The notes under the pieces: generated by a model | The model's database searches: none | Told to the model about the DNA's origin: nothing | What the model saw: the letters and a program-made list of their open reading frames with translations, nothing else | Program-made: the position numbers and the translations under genes | IMG/VR virus record: IMGVR_UViG_3300012928_002819 | Location: 1 to 26,771 of that record | Length of the DNA: 26,771 nucleotides | Strand: one strand, 5' to 3' | Source of the DNA: a virus | Taxonomy: Duplodnaviria; Caudoviricetes | Part shown: in pieces, positions 1-8,227 of the stretch | Layout of the letters: each line of letters starts with the position of its first letter | Position numbering within the stretch: the stretch's first letter is position 1

Positions 1-28
1 AGTCCTTGCGATTGCCATGGGGTAGAGA

Positions 29-262
29 ATGAACTTCGGATTATGGGTACAGCTGGAACTCATGAAGCACGAGAAGAGCCTAAGCTGGCTAGCTGGCAGG
101 ATAGGCTCCCATCCTTCTCTCTTATGCAAGTGGAGAGCAGGCTTATCCAATCCGAAAACAGAATATTTCTTCCTAGTATGCAAGGAGATCTCCCTTCTGA
201 GGAAGGAACCCATAGAGAAAACAATACGAGAAGGGGCTAAGGCTATGGGGATTAAGTTCTAA
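29..262 (+). CDS. XRE/Cro-like helix-turn-helix protein
   Basis: 77 aa; pattern F..W...LM...SLSWLAGRIG.HPSLLCKW.AG...P matches an XRE HTH; TAATG overlap with the terminase gene. Confidence 0.75.
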   Translation: MNFGLWVQLELMKHEKSLSWLAGRIGSHPSLLCKWRAGLSNPKTEYFFLVCKEISLLRKEPIEKTIREGAKAMGIKF

Positions 263-1677
263 TGAGCATCCGAGATACTACAAAGAATCTAAGGAGATTA
301 AAGAACCGGGCTAGCCAGAATCCGCTCGCTTACTTTTGTCCTACTCCTCCGCAGGAGGCTTGGCTTAAGGATCCAAGTAAGATTAAGTTACTTCTCGGAG
401 GTAATCAAGTAGGAAAAACCTACGCTCAGACAGCAGAATTATTATATAGATGCCTTGGGAACCATCCCTATCTAGATACAGATCCTCCTCCTATCCAGGC
501 TTTCCTTATTACCCACTCTCACCAGCAGAGCATAACGATCCAAGAGAAGCTCTATGCTATGATTCCTAAGGATGCTCTCCATCCCTCTTGTGAATTCGTA
601 CCGGGGAGAGGCTTCCGGGGTATCCATCCAGTAGTAAGATTTAATAATGGAAGCATGATACATATTAAGACCGCTAACCAGGGGCTCGGATTGGCTTCTG
701 CTACTGTTGCTTACGTTGCAATCGATGAGCCCGTATCCGGTGAGGTATGGGGAGAGCTCGCTGCTCGTGTTCTTCGAGGAGGAGCAGGAGGGACTACTGG
801 AACGATAGGTATAACTATGACTCCAGTCGGCCAGGATGTAAGTTACCTTAAGGAATTAGTAGATCAAGGGAGAGTAACTTGCCATAGAGCACCCTTAACC
901 GTAGAAGCTACAACTCCCAAGTACTGTAAAGCGATCATCTCCCAGGCTCAAGTGGATGCAATCTCCCAGACTTACCTCCCAATAGACCGAGCAGCGAGGC
1001 TTAACGGAGACTGGGTAATCGGTATACCGGAGGGGAGAGTATTCGATCAATTCTCGGAGGATATGATCTCTAAGGAGGCTGCTCCATTTGGTAACTATTC
1101 CTTCTGCATTGGAGTAGACCATGGATCTCAGCCTAATGCACAGGTAGCAATCCTCGCAGCGGTAGAGATGACAGATAGTTCTAAGCCTTGGGTATATGTT
1201 CTAGATGAGTACGTATCCGGATCAGCACCTCCGGAGGCTCATGCTAGAGCGATATTGGAGATGCTGAGTAGAAACTCTATCGAGGCTGCATCCTGCAGAT
1301 GGACCGGAGATAATATTCACTATGGAGGCTCCGGAGGTGGCAAGATGAGTAATTCGCTTCTTATGAAGGCCTTCGAGAGAGTTATGGGTTATCCTCAGGG
1401 TAATCTCCCCTTTAGAATTCGTACAATCAAAAAGCCTAGATATAGTGTATATTATGGGAGTGCTATGATACATTCGATTATGGCCCGGAGGCAATTCTTT
1501 ATCCATCCTAAATGCGAGCGGTTAATCCTCTCTCTGCAGCGGTGGACAATGAAGCGCAACCAATCCGCGAGATCTCGCGATGAGTGGGGTCACTCGGTCG
1601 ATGCTCTCCGCTATTGTATCGTTCCTACCCTTGAATCTAGTAAAGCAAATATCCCCGGTAAACTAAGGATCTATTGA
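262..1677 (+). CDS. terL: Terminase large subunit
   Basis: Walker A GGNQVGKT, Walker B YVAIDEP, motif III-like TMTP, RNase H-like nuclease motifs IGVDHG and HSVDALRY. Confidence 0.93.
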   Translation: MSIRDTTKNLRRLKNRASQNPLAYFCPTPPQEAWLKDPSKIKLLLGGNQVGKTYAQTAELLYRCLGNHPYLDTDPPPIQAFLITHSHQQSITIQEKLYAMIPKDALHPSCEFVPGRGFRGIHPVVRFNNGSMIHIKTANQGLGLASATVAYVAIDEPVSGEVWGELAARVLRGGAGGTTGTIGITMTPVGQDVSYLKELVDQGRVTCHRAPLTVEATTPKYCKAIISQAQVDAISQTYLPIDRAARLNGDWVIGIPEGRVFDQFSEDMISKEAAPFGNYSFCIGVDHGSQPNAQVAILAAVEMTDSSKPWVYVLDEYVSGSAPPEAHARAILEMLSRNSIEAASCRWTGDNIHYGGSGGGKMSNSLLMKAFERVMGYPQGNLPFRIRTIKKPRYSVYYGSAMIHSIMARRQFFIHPKCERLILSLQRWTMKRNQSARSRDEWGHSVDALRYCIVPTLESSKANIPGKLRIY

Positions 1678-1678
1678 T

Positions 1679-3136
1679 ATGTATACTAATCTTCCTATGA
1701 AGCCTCTAGCACCAAACCAAGAAGAGCAAGATAGATGGAATCACTCAGCACTCCGGAAGCGAATGATTATCGGAGCATGGGAGCAAGATCTAGAAGATGA
1801 ACTCGCTAGGCATCTTCCAGCAGATCGGAGAGAGGCTTGGGGTCCTGCAGATCTCTCCTCCAATCCCTTCGAGCAAATCACTAGACAGTTATCTGTTTTA
1901 TATCATGAGGTCCCAGCAGTTACTAATCTGAATGGAGATATCTCCGATCTAGTATCTAGAGAGGGACTTGTTACGAAGGCTGGATTATGGCAGCTCATGC
2001 AGAGAGCCCAGCAGATGGTAATCGGACTCCGAGAGAGCGCGATCCGGATAGATGTTAATCCTCACGTAGTAGGAGCTCCTACTATCGCTCCAGGAATCCA
2101 ATATCGGATTGTTACTCCAGATCTATTATATTGTGAAGCCCATCCGGACCAGCCAGATATCCCCGTATATTATCAGGAGTCTAGACTCCGAGAGCATGAA
2201 GGGAAGCCGGTATGGGTAGCCGATGTACTCGATATTCGGAATCCAGAGGAACCGATCTTCGGAATGTACGAGATTAAGAAGGATGGAAGCCTGGGTAGAG
2301 ATGTATCTGTAGAGTTTATGGGACACCCTACCCATAGAGGAGCGGATTATCCCTATCGAGATGGAGAGGGGAATCCCTTCCTCCCCGTAGTTTTATACCA
2401 TGCAGAAAAAACAGGGTTTTTATGGGATCCTTATAATGCTTCTCAGATGGTGTATGGATCTCTTACTTCTGCTGTTTTATATTCTATGTGGGTGCATCTT
2501 GTTAGAGATGCCTGCTGGAGTCAGAAGTACGTAGCCGGATTATCTGTAGCTGGACTCTCCCAGATCGATCAAAATGAGATAGCCCGGAGATCTTCTATTG
2601 CTACGGATCCGAGCTCTATTCTAGTATTCACTCAAGATCCAGATGCTCAGGGCCAGCCCTTAGTAGGCTCCTTCTCTATTCCTACGGATCCTCATGCTCT
2701 GTTAGAGTCTATCTCTAAATACGAGATGAGAGTAGGATTAGCAGCTGGGCTCTCTCCTTCAGAACTCAGCAGAACAAATGGAGATCCAAGATCTGGATAT
2801 GCTCTAGCAGTCTCCAAAAGTGGACAGAGGGAAGCCCAAAAGAAGTTCGCTCCTGTATTCCGCTTGGGAGATGAGGAACTCTTAGCGAAGACCGCTATCT
2901 TAGCTAATCGCTTCCTCGGAACATCTCTTCCAGAGGATGGATATAGGGTATCCTATCATTCAATGCCATTAACACCGGATGAGATGCGAGCCCAAAGAGA
3001 GGATATAACTGCTAAGATGAGCGCAGGATTAATATCTCCAGTGCAAGCGGTTATGATGATGTATGATGATATGGATGATAGAGAGGCTAGAGAGTATCTA
3101 CTTCAGATCCGGAGAGAGAGAGCGGAGTTCTTATAA
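1679..3136 (+). CDS. Portal protein
   Basis: 485 aa directly after terL; SGYAL motif resembling the SG.AL motif of SPP1-like portals; assigned mainly by synteny and size. Confidence 0.8.
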   Translation: MYTNLPMKPLAPNQEEQDRWNHSALRKRMIIGAWEQDLEDELARHLPADRREAWGPADLSSNPFEQITRQLSVLYHEVPAVTNLNGDISDLVSREGLVTKAGLWQLMQRAQQMVIGLRESAIRIDVNPHVVGAPTIAPGIQYRIVTPDLLYCEAHPDQPDIPVYYQESRLREHEGKPVWVADVLDIRNPEEPIFGMYEIKKDGSLGRDVSVEFMGHPTHRGADYPYRDGEGNPFLPVVLYHAEKTGFLWDPYNASQMVYGSLTSAVLYSMWVHLVRDACWSQKYVAGLSVAGLSQIDQNEIARRSSIATDPSSILVFTQDPDAQGQPLVGSFSIPTDPHALLESISKYEMRVGLAAGLSPSELSRTNGDPRSGYALAVSKSGQREAQKKFAPVFRLGDEELLAKTAILANRFLGTSLPEDGYRVSYHSMPLTPDEMRAQREDITAKMSAGLISPVQAVMMMYDDMDDREAREYLLQIRRERAEFL

Positions 3137-3459
3137 TGATCTGTGAAGAGTGTAAAGAGCCCATCGAAAAGATTAAAGATTCTATCGTAGAGTGGATATC
3201 TTGTGAGGAGTGGGCTCTCTCTATGTATGTTAGATTGGTCCATCCGGGCTGCTGCTACTATGAGAAGCGGAAGGAGATCCTCGAGGAGATGAATGCAAAT
3301 GATCATTGGCTCCCGGTAGTAGATATGGAGGCTCTCTTAGATATTGCATTCGAGATGCCTTGGGATGATAAGCTTCTAGCAGAATCCTCATTTATTCGAT
3401 ATATTACTCAAAGAAACCAAAAAACCAGAGGTACAGCTGATGAAAAAAATAACCCATGA
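3136..3459 (+). CDS. Hypothetical protein, possible zinc-binding (CxxC...HxxC)
   Basis: 107 aa, MICEEC...HPGCC; TAATG-coupled to the portal. Confidence 0.55.
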   Translation: MICEECKEPIEKIKDSIVEWISCEEWALSMYVRLVHPGCCYYEKRKEILEEMNANDHWLPVVDMEALLDIAFEMPWDDKLLAESSFIRYITQRNQKTRGTADEKNNP

Positions 3460-4087
3460 AGGAGTAGAGTATGTACTTAAAGCAGATATCGAAGCTGCTT
3501 TTAAGGATAGAATCTCTAAACTAAGCGCTAGAGCTATTCAAGCGGAGGAAGTCGCTAAGGCTCTCCAGGATACTCTCGATAATCAATCTGGAGAACTTAC
3601 TAAGATCTCTACATTACAAGAGAAGGTATCTACTCTCGAGCAGTCTTTACTGGATGCAGAGAGCAAGTATAGCCGAGTATCTATGTTATCGGATATGGGA
3701 TTTACAGATCCAGATCTTAGAGATGCTGTAGAGTGGGCTTATAGTCGCTCGAATAGCGAAGCTCCTTTGGAGGATTGGATAAAGGGGATAAAAGAAAATC
3801 CAACAGAGGCTCCCTTAGTTCTAAGACCTCATCTTCTAGCGAAGGCATCTCCAGAGAATACAGCAGAAGCCGCTCCAAGTGCAGAAGCCGCTCCCATCCA
3901 AGCAGAAGCGGTAGAGAGTGCTCCCTTAATACCTCCTCGAACGAATACAGGAGCCAAGCCTGCACCGGTACAGAGTGGAGATATTATCTCTCGAGGTCTT
4001 AAGGATGGAGAGTTCTACGAGCAAAATAGAGATGCAATTATAAAGGCTTGGAGACAGCAGCGGCTGCATGGAACGCGATCGATCTAA
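3440..4087 (+). CDS. Capsid scaffolding protein
   Basis: N-terminal coiled coil, Ala/Pro/Glu-rich linker, short C-terminal helix; between portal and capsid; GAGGTAC RBS at 3428-3434. Confidence 0.7.
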   Translation: MKKITHEGVEYVLKADIEAAFKDRISKLSARAIQAEEVAKALQDTLDNQSGELTKISTLQEKVSTLEQSLLDAESKYSRVSMLSDMGFTDPDLRDAVEWAYSRSNSEAPLEDWIKGIKENPTEAPLVLRPHLLAKASPENTAEAAPSAEAAPIQAEAVESAPLIPPRTNTGAKPAPVQSGDIISRGLKDGEFYEQNRDAIIKAWRQQRLHGTRSI

Positions 4088-4102
4088 GATCTAGGAGGTA
4101 CG

Positions 4103-4411
4103 ATGTCTATCGATCTACAGGGGAGTAACACCTTCCCAATAGTGAAAACTATCACAGTATACCAGACAGCTACAGAGGTATTACTTCCTGCTAATGCTAG
4201 GCATCTGCAGATAGGAGCCCAGACTCACAAATTATTTTATTCTACATCTGGGACCGATGGAGCAATACTAGGAGCAGATAAGGACTTTATAGCGAAGGAA
4301 GCTAAGCAAGTATTAAACCTTGGAAGAGGTAGAAATAAGCATGACTCTATTTTTATCTCTACTCAGACTGCAGCCTCTGCTACTGTTACTCTAGTCTTCT
4401 CGGAGGAATAG
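4103..4411 (+). CDS. Small beta-rich virion protein (head decoration-like), paralog 1
   Basis: 102 aa, clearly similar to 7916..8224; GGAGGTAC RBS. Confidence 0.55.
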   Translation: MSIDLQGSNTFPIVKTITVYQTATEVLLPANARHLQIGAQTHKLFYSTSGTDGAILGADKDFIAKEAKQVLNLGRGRNKHDSIFISTQTAASATVTLVFSEE

Positions 4412-4630
4412 ATGCTAGGATATATACCCAGTGTAAACTCGGAGCCCTTAGTACTGAGCTTCTCTAATACCAATCTCATAGTGATTAATCACAATTTCGG
4501 ATATAAACCAATGATCCAGATTATTCTAAGTGATGGAACAATCGCAGAAGGCTCCGTTACTCATAATAGCGAGAATAGAGTTACTATATCTTTCCAAATT
4601 TCACTCTCTGGAGAGATATTATTGAGATAG
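4412..4630 (+). CDS. Small beta-domain protein resembling the C-terminal domain of the adjacent fibre
   Basis: 72 aa; INHNFGYKPMIQ...G...V...N.V.ISF...SG pattern parallels LNHGLGEKIVH...G...V...NNL.V in the next ORF. Confidence 0.55.
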   Translation: MLGYIPSVNSEPLVLSFSNTNLIVINHNFGYKPMIQIILSDGTIAEGSVTHNSENRVTISFQISLSGEILLR

Positions 4631-4679
4631 TATATAGAGCGAGGGAGGGATCCCTCTTAATCTATATATGGAGTCTAAA

Positions 4680-6050
4680 ATGCAATTTCTTGCACCCACA
4701 AATATTTTCGAGGGCGTTGTTCAACTTAATCAAGCCCCTTCAGCTGATAATCATGCGGTTACCCGTTCTTACTTGGAAGCTAATAGCGTAGTCGGTATCG
4801 CTTCAGATTCTGCTAATTATGCCGAGCTCGTTACAGAAGGTGGAGATCTTAAATTAAAGCTTAAGCCTCTTACTATTACAGATGTAGCTGTAGATACTTC
4901 TGCTGCTTCTCTCGCTGCTTGGGTAAGTTCTAACTATACCTCTGGAGATGAGAAACAAGAAGGTGATATCATCATCTTAACAGCTGTCACTGGTCGCGCT
5001 CAGACCTTTATCCATAACGGGGGATCTGCTGGTACTACTGCAGACTTTACAGAGATTGAGGGTGGAGATGTTACGGCTGCTGAGGTTCGAGCTGCTCTCT
5101 CTGCTTCTGCTGGTATTAACTATAATGCTAGTACTGGAGAATTCACTGCAGATCAAGCAGAGATCCGAGGGCTTTTTGCTGCTGGAACTGGACTTGGTTA
5201 TGATAGTTCTAATGGTAGCTTCTCACTTAATGTAGATAGCGATGGTATCTCCGAAGGTTCTAGTAATCTTTACTTTACAGATGCTCGCGCTCGCGGTGCT
5301 ATCTCTGTATCTGGAGCAGGGATCTCATATAATGCTGGTACTGGTGTTATTACTCTTGCTGCTACTTCTGATAACATTAGCGAAGGATCTAGTAATCTTT
5401 ACCATACTACAGCTCGAGTAAGAAGCAGTATCTCTCTTGGAGCAGTATCTTCTCCAGATGTTCAACTCTTGGAATATGATAATTCTAATGGACAATTAAA
5501 GGTTAGAGCCTCTCAAGTCTTTGCTCAGTTCGATGCTGGTACGGGTCTATCTTATGCGGATGGTGTTTATAGCTTGAATGCTTCTACATCTAACGTAGCA
5601 GAAGGATCTAATCTTTACTTTACAGATGCTAGAGCTCGCGCTGCTATCTCTGTAGATGCTGCTGGACTTAACTATAATTCCGGTACTGGTCAGATTACAT
5701 TAACTGCTGATACTGGAGATATCGCAGAAGGTACTAATCTTTACTTTACTACAGCCAGAGCCCAAGCCGCTATTTCTGCAGATCCTGCAGCTGGTAACAT
5801 GGCTACCGTTGCTAGTGGTCAAGTACTTGTAGCTAAGTCTTCATTCCGTAAGACTTTCGCTCCTCAGAACTTGACAGCTAACACCTTTGTAACCTTAAAT
5901 CATGGCTTGGGAGAAAAGATAGTTCACTGCTCAGCATATGACAGCAATGGGGATAAGGTCCAGTTAGACGTACAGCTTACAGATAACAATAACCTTAAGG
6001 TTAAATCTGTAATCAATGTAACCGGAGCCCAGATCGTAGTATCTTTGTAA
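4680..6050 (+). CDS. Repetitive fibre protein (probable head fibre)
   Basis: Ala/Ser/Gly/Thr-rich; four EG(S/T)(S)NLY(F/H)TxAR repeats and G(I/L)xYxxxxG repeats typical of phage fibres; start moved to ATG 4680 (GGAG 6 nt upstream). Confidence 0.7.
   Translation: MQFLAPTNIFEGVVQLNQAPSADNHAVTRSYLEANSVVGIASDSANYAELVTEGGDLKLKLKPLTITDVAVDTSAASLAAWVSSNYTSGDEKQEGDIIILTAVTGRAQTFIHNGGSAGTTADFTEIEGGDVTAAEVRAALSASAGINYNASTGEFTADQAEIRGLFAAGTGLGYDSSNGSFSLNVDSDGISEGSSNLYFTDARARGAISVSGAGISYNAGTGVITLAATSDNISEGSSNLYHTTARVRSSISLGAVSSPDVQLLEYDNSNGQLKVRASQVFAQFDAGTGLSYADGVYSLNASTSNVAEGSNLYFTDARARAAISVDAAGLNYNSGTGQITLTADTGDIAEGTNLYFTTARAQAAISADPAAGNMATVASGQVLVAKSSFRKTFAPQNLTANTFVTLNHGLGEKIVHCSAYDSNGDKVQLDVQLTDNNNLKVKSVINVTGAQIVVSL
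5253..5785 (+). repeat. Four intragenic fibre repeats (GAAGG..TAATCTTTAC..TAC)
   Basis: Copies begin near 5253, 5382, 5601 and 5727; similar at both DNA and protein level. Confidence 0.85.
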
Positions 6051-6070
6051 TCCTCTTACAATCCCTTAAA

Positions 6071-6101
6071 AAGGGCTTCGGATGTACCTCCCCAAGCCCT
6101 T
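6071..6101 (+). ncRNA. Hairpin with anti-RBS loop (candidate regulatory RNA element)
   Basis: Stem AAGGGCTT (6071-6078)/AAGCCCTT (6094-6101); loop contains ATGTACCTCC (6082-6091), the reverse complement of GGAGGTACAT. Function is inferred. Confidence 0.4.
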
Positions 6102-6131
6102 CCCCTCGTTCTCCTCGAGGGGTTTTTTTTT
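6102..6131 (+). terminator. Rho-independent terminator after the fibre gene
   Basis: CCCCTCG-ttctcct-CGAGGGG followed by 9 T. Confidence 0.9.
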
Positions 6132-6135
6132 ATCC

Positions 6136-6164
6136 TTGCTAGTCCTATTTATTTCGTTTATACT
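6136..6164 (+). promoter_or_regulatory. Sigma70-type promoter for the major capsid gene
   Basis: TTGCTA-N17-TATACT immediately after the terminator. Confidence 0.7.
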
Positions 6165-6243
6165 TCTAATGGGTAGGGTCGCTCCCGAAACAGCAGAAGA
6201 GCCCAGATAATGATTTTTTCCCTTTTCTTCTAATGGTGCAATA

Positions 6244-7176
6244 ATGGCAAATGAAATTACTAATAATGGGCTGGTCGGTGATTTAAGACTCGCTCAAATG
6301 ATCTCTGCGGAAATCCGCTTACTTCTTAAGGATTCTGTTAATCTTAAAAATACTCCCTTTATCGATTTTATCGGATCTATTAATGGATCTGGTAGTGACA
6401 CGGTCCGAGTTCGTAAAGCGTTCTTAGATGGTGAAGATGGCTTCTCTGCTTTCACAGGTGCAACCGAAGATGGAGCCGTAGCTAATACTGCTCTCGTAGA
6501 TAGTCACGTAGATGTAGTATGTAAGAGAAACTCTCTTGCTTACTCTATTACTGACTTGGCAACCATGACAGGTATGGGACAAGATATTGACCCGTTCCGT
6601 ATCGCTGAGCACATCTCTAAGTCTTACGATGCTCTCTTCGCTAAACTTACTGCAGCTGTATTCTCTGGATTTACTGCTCAGGTAGGTTCTGCTGCTACTA
6701 TGAGCGTAGATATCTTCCAAGATGCTATCCAAGCTCTCGAGGCTGCTGATTCTAATAAAGGGGCTCCTGGTCCTTATGTCTGTGTATTGCATCCTGCTCA
6801 GATGGCACAATTGCAAGATTCTATCCGCGGAGAGACTGGAGCTGTAGCTTACGCTCCTGCTTCTTTTGAGGCTCTCGCTGCTAAGGGCTCTCACTATAAA
6901 GGCTCTTTTATGGGTGTAGAGATCTATACTAGCTCTTATGTTATCGATGGTGGATCTAACTATCAAGCTGCTATGTTCGCTCCAGGTGCTATCGGTTATG
7001 CTACTGGGATGCCTGCTTCTCTTCCGGGTGCTGCTGAATCTATGCAGATGGGTGAAGTTATGGTAGAGCTGGATCGTTCAGCTGCTAGCGCACTTACTCA
7101 GGTAGTCGGTCATGCTTACCTAGGAATAGCTATTATCAGTGATGATCGAGGAGTAGAGATTGCTACTTTAAGCTAA
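6244..7176 (+). CDS. Major capsid protein (HK97 fold inferred)
   Basis: 310 aa; GSDTVRV, VLHPAQMAQL and GSFMGVEIYTS match typical capsid patterns; strong GCT/TCT/GGT codon bias; own promoter and terminator. Confidence 0.85.
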   Translation: MANEITNNGLVGDLRLAQMISAEIRLLLKDSVNLKNTPFIDFIGSINGSGSDTVRVRKAFLDGEDGFSAFTGATEDGAVANTALVDSHVDVVCKRNSLAYSITDLATMTGMGQDIDPFRIAEHISKSYDALFAKLTAAVFSGFTAQVGSAATMSVDIFQDAIQALEAADSNKGAPGPYVCVLHPAQMAQLQDSIRGETGAVAYAPASFEALAAKGSHYKGSFMGVEIYTSSYVIDGGSNYQAAMFAPGAIGYATGMPASLPGAAESMQMGEVMVELDRSAASALTQVVGHAYLGIAIISDDRGVEIATLS

Positions 7177-7193
7177 TCTATAGATTCTTTTAT

Positions 7194-7224
7194 GGGGAGG
7201 GGCTTCTGCTCTTCCCCTTGTTTT
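7194..7224 (+). terminator. Rho-independent terminator after the capsid gene
   Basis: GGGGAGGGGC-ttct-GCTCTTCCCC then TTGTTTT. Confidence 0.7.
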
Positions 7225-7246
7225 AACTTACAATGAGGTACATTTT

Positions 7247-7906
7247 ATGAGTTTAACTCCCCAGCCTTGGGCCCCGGTCCAGACTAGCCAGCAAGAGCTC
7301 CTCCCAGAGCAGCCAAATCATCCTTTTTTCTATAAATGGCATCCTACCAATTGGACTTATAATTACTTCGAGAAGGAAGTTACGAAGGGTAAAACAACCA
7401 AGATAGAACGCTCGTTTTTCTTTGTACCCAATATCCGGATGGAACATATTATCCCCGGAGTTAATGGAGTACATCAAGTATCCGGAGAACGAGGGAACCC
7501 AGGCTCGAGAATTGGTAATCTACAGCAGAAGGGATGGATCTATCTCGATCCGGGTAAACATCAATATATCCATCAATACAGAGTCCGGAATGGGTTCTAT
7601 CATTGTCCTAAGTGGCAATCGGTCCGAGTAGTAGGAAACCGAGTAATTAAATCCTTCGATAGAGAAGCCTTCCTTAAATGGAGCTGCTCACTGGTATTAG
7701 ATGGAACTCTCCTTCCTATTGAACCTCACTTCTGGGAACTCGAGAGCCTTACACATCTCAAAGCAGTTAACAGAATGCTTAACTCTCAGCATATCCCAGA
7801 GATTAAGGCTAAGATCGATGATCATTACAAGGTTAGAGAAGATATGTTATCATTTATCGAAGCCTTCCAGAAAAAGGGAATCGAACTTTATAAAGAGATT
7901 AAATAG
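7247..7906 (+). CDS. Hypothetical protein (head module)
   Basis: 219 aa ORF with GAGGTAC RBS; no recognised motif. Confidence 0.6.
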   Translation: MSLTPQPWAPVQTSQQELLPEQPNHPFFYKWHPTNWTYNYFEKEVTKGKTTKIERSFFFVPNIRMEHIIPGVNGVHQVSGERGNPGSRIGNLQQKGWIYLDPGKHQYIHQYRVRNGFYHCPKWQSVRVVGNRVIKSFDREAFLKWSCSLVLDGTLLPIEPHFWELESLTHLKAVNRMLNSQHIPEIKAKIDDHYKVREDMLSFIEAFQKKGIELYKEIK

Positions 7907-7915
7907 GAGTCAATA

Positions 7916-8224
7916 ATGGCAATCGATCTAAGAAGTCAAAATAATTACCCAATTGTAAAAGTAGTATCAATTACTAATACAGTATGCTTAGAGGTACAAT
8001 TACCAAGTAGCTCTAGGAATGTAAAAATTGCATGCAATACAGAAGATATATTTTTTACTTCTGTAGGTACAGATGGAGTAACTCTTGGAGCGGATAAAGC
8101 TCTGATAAAAGTAAATGAATATTATAGTCAAAAATTAGCGAGAGGTAATAATAGAATCGATTCTATTTTCTTGCAGTCATCAGCAGCTCCAGCTACTGCT
8201 ACTTTAATATTTGATGAGGAATAG
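7916..8224 (+). CDS. Small beta-rich virion protein (head decoration-like), paralog 2
   Basis: 102 aa; shares IDL, PIVK, GTDG, LGADK, DSIF and terminal F.EE with 4103..4411; AGGAG RBS. Confidence 0.55.
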   Translation: MAIDLRSQNNYPIVKVVSITNTVCLEVQLPSSSRNVKIACNTEDIFFTSVGTDGVTLGADKALIKVNEYYSQKLARGNNRIDSIFLQSSAAPATATLIFDEE

Positions 8225-8227
8225 GTA

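Noticed and set aside
1-25. Possible 3' end of an upstream gene (…VLAIAMG*), perhaps a small terminase
   Set aside because: Only seven codons are visible; identity cannot be supported
5253-5785. Diversity-generating retroelement template/variable repeat pair
   Set aside because: Repeats are in-frame protein repeats without adenine-specific differences; no reverse transcriptase in the window
6171-6204. Hammerhead ribozyme or known riboswitch in the capsid leader (contains CGAAAC)
   Set aside because: No CTGANGA core nearby and no riboswitch consensus that I recognise
6424-6966. 180-aa minus-strand ORF opposite the capsid gene
   Set aside because: Ser-rich shadow ORF expected from the biased GCT/TCT codon usage of the sense gene; no RBS or motif
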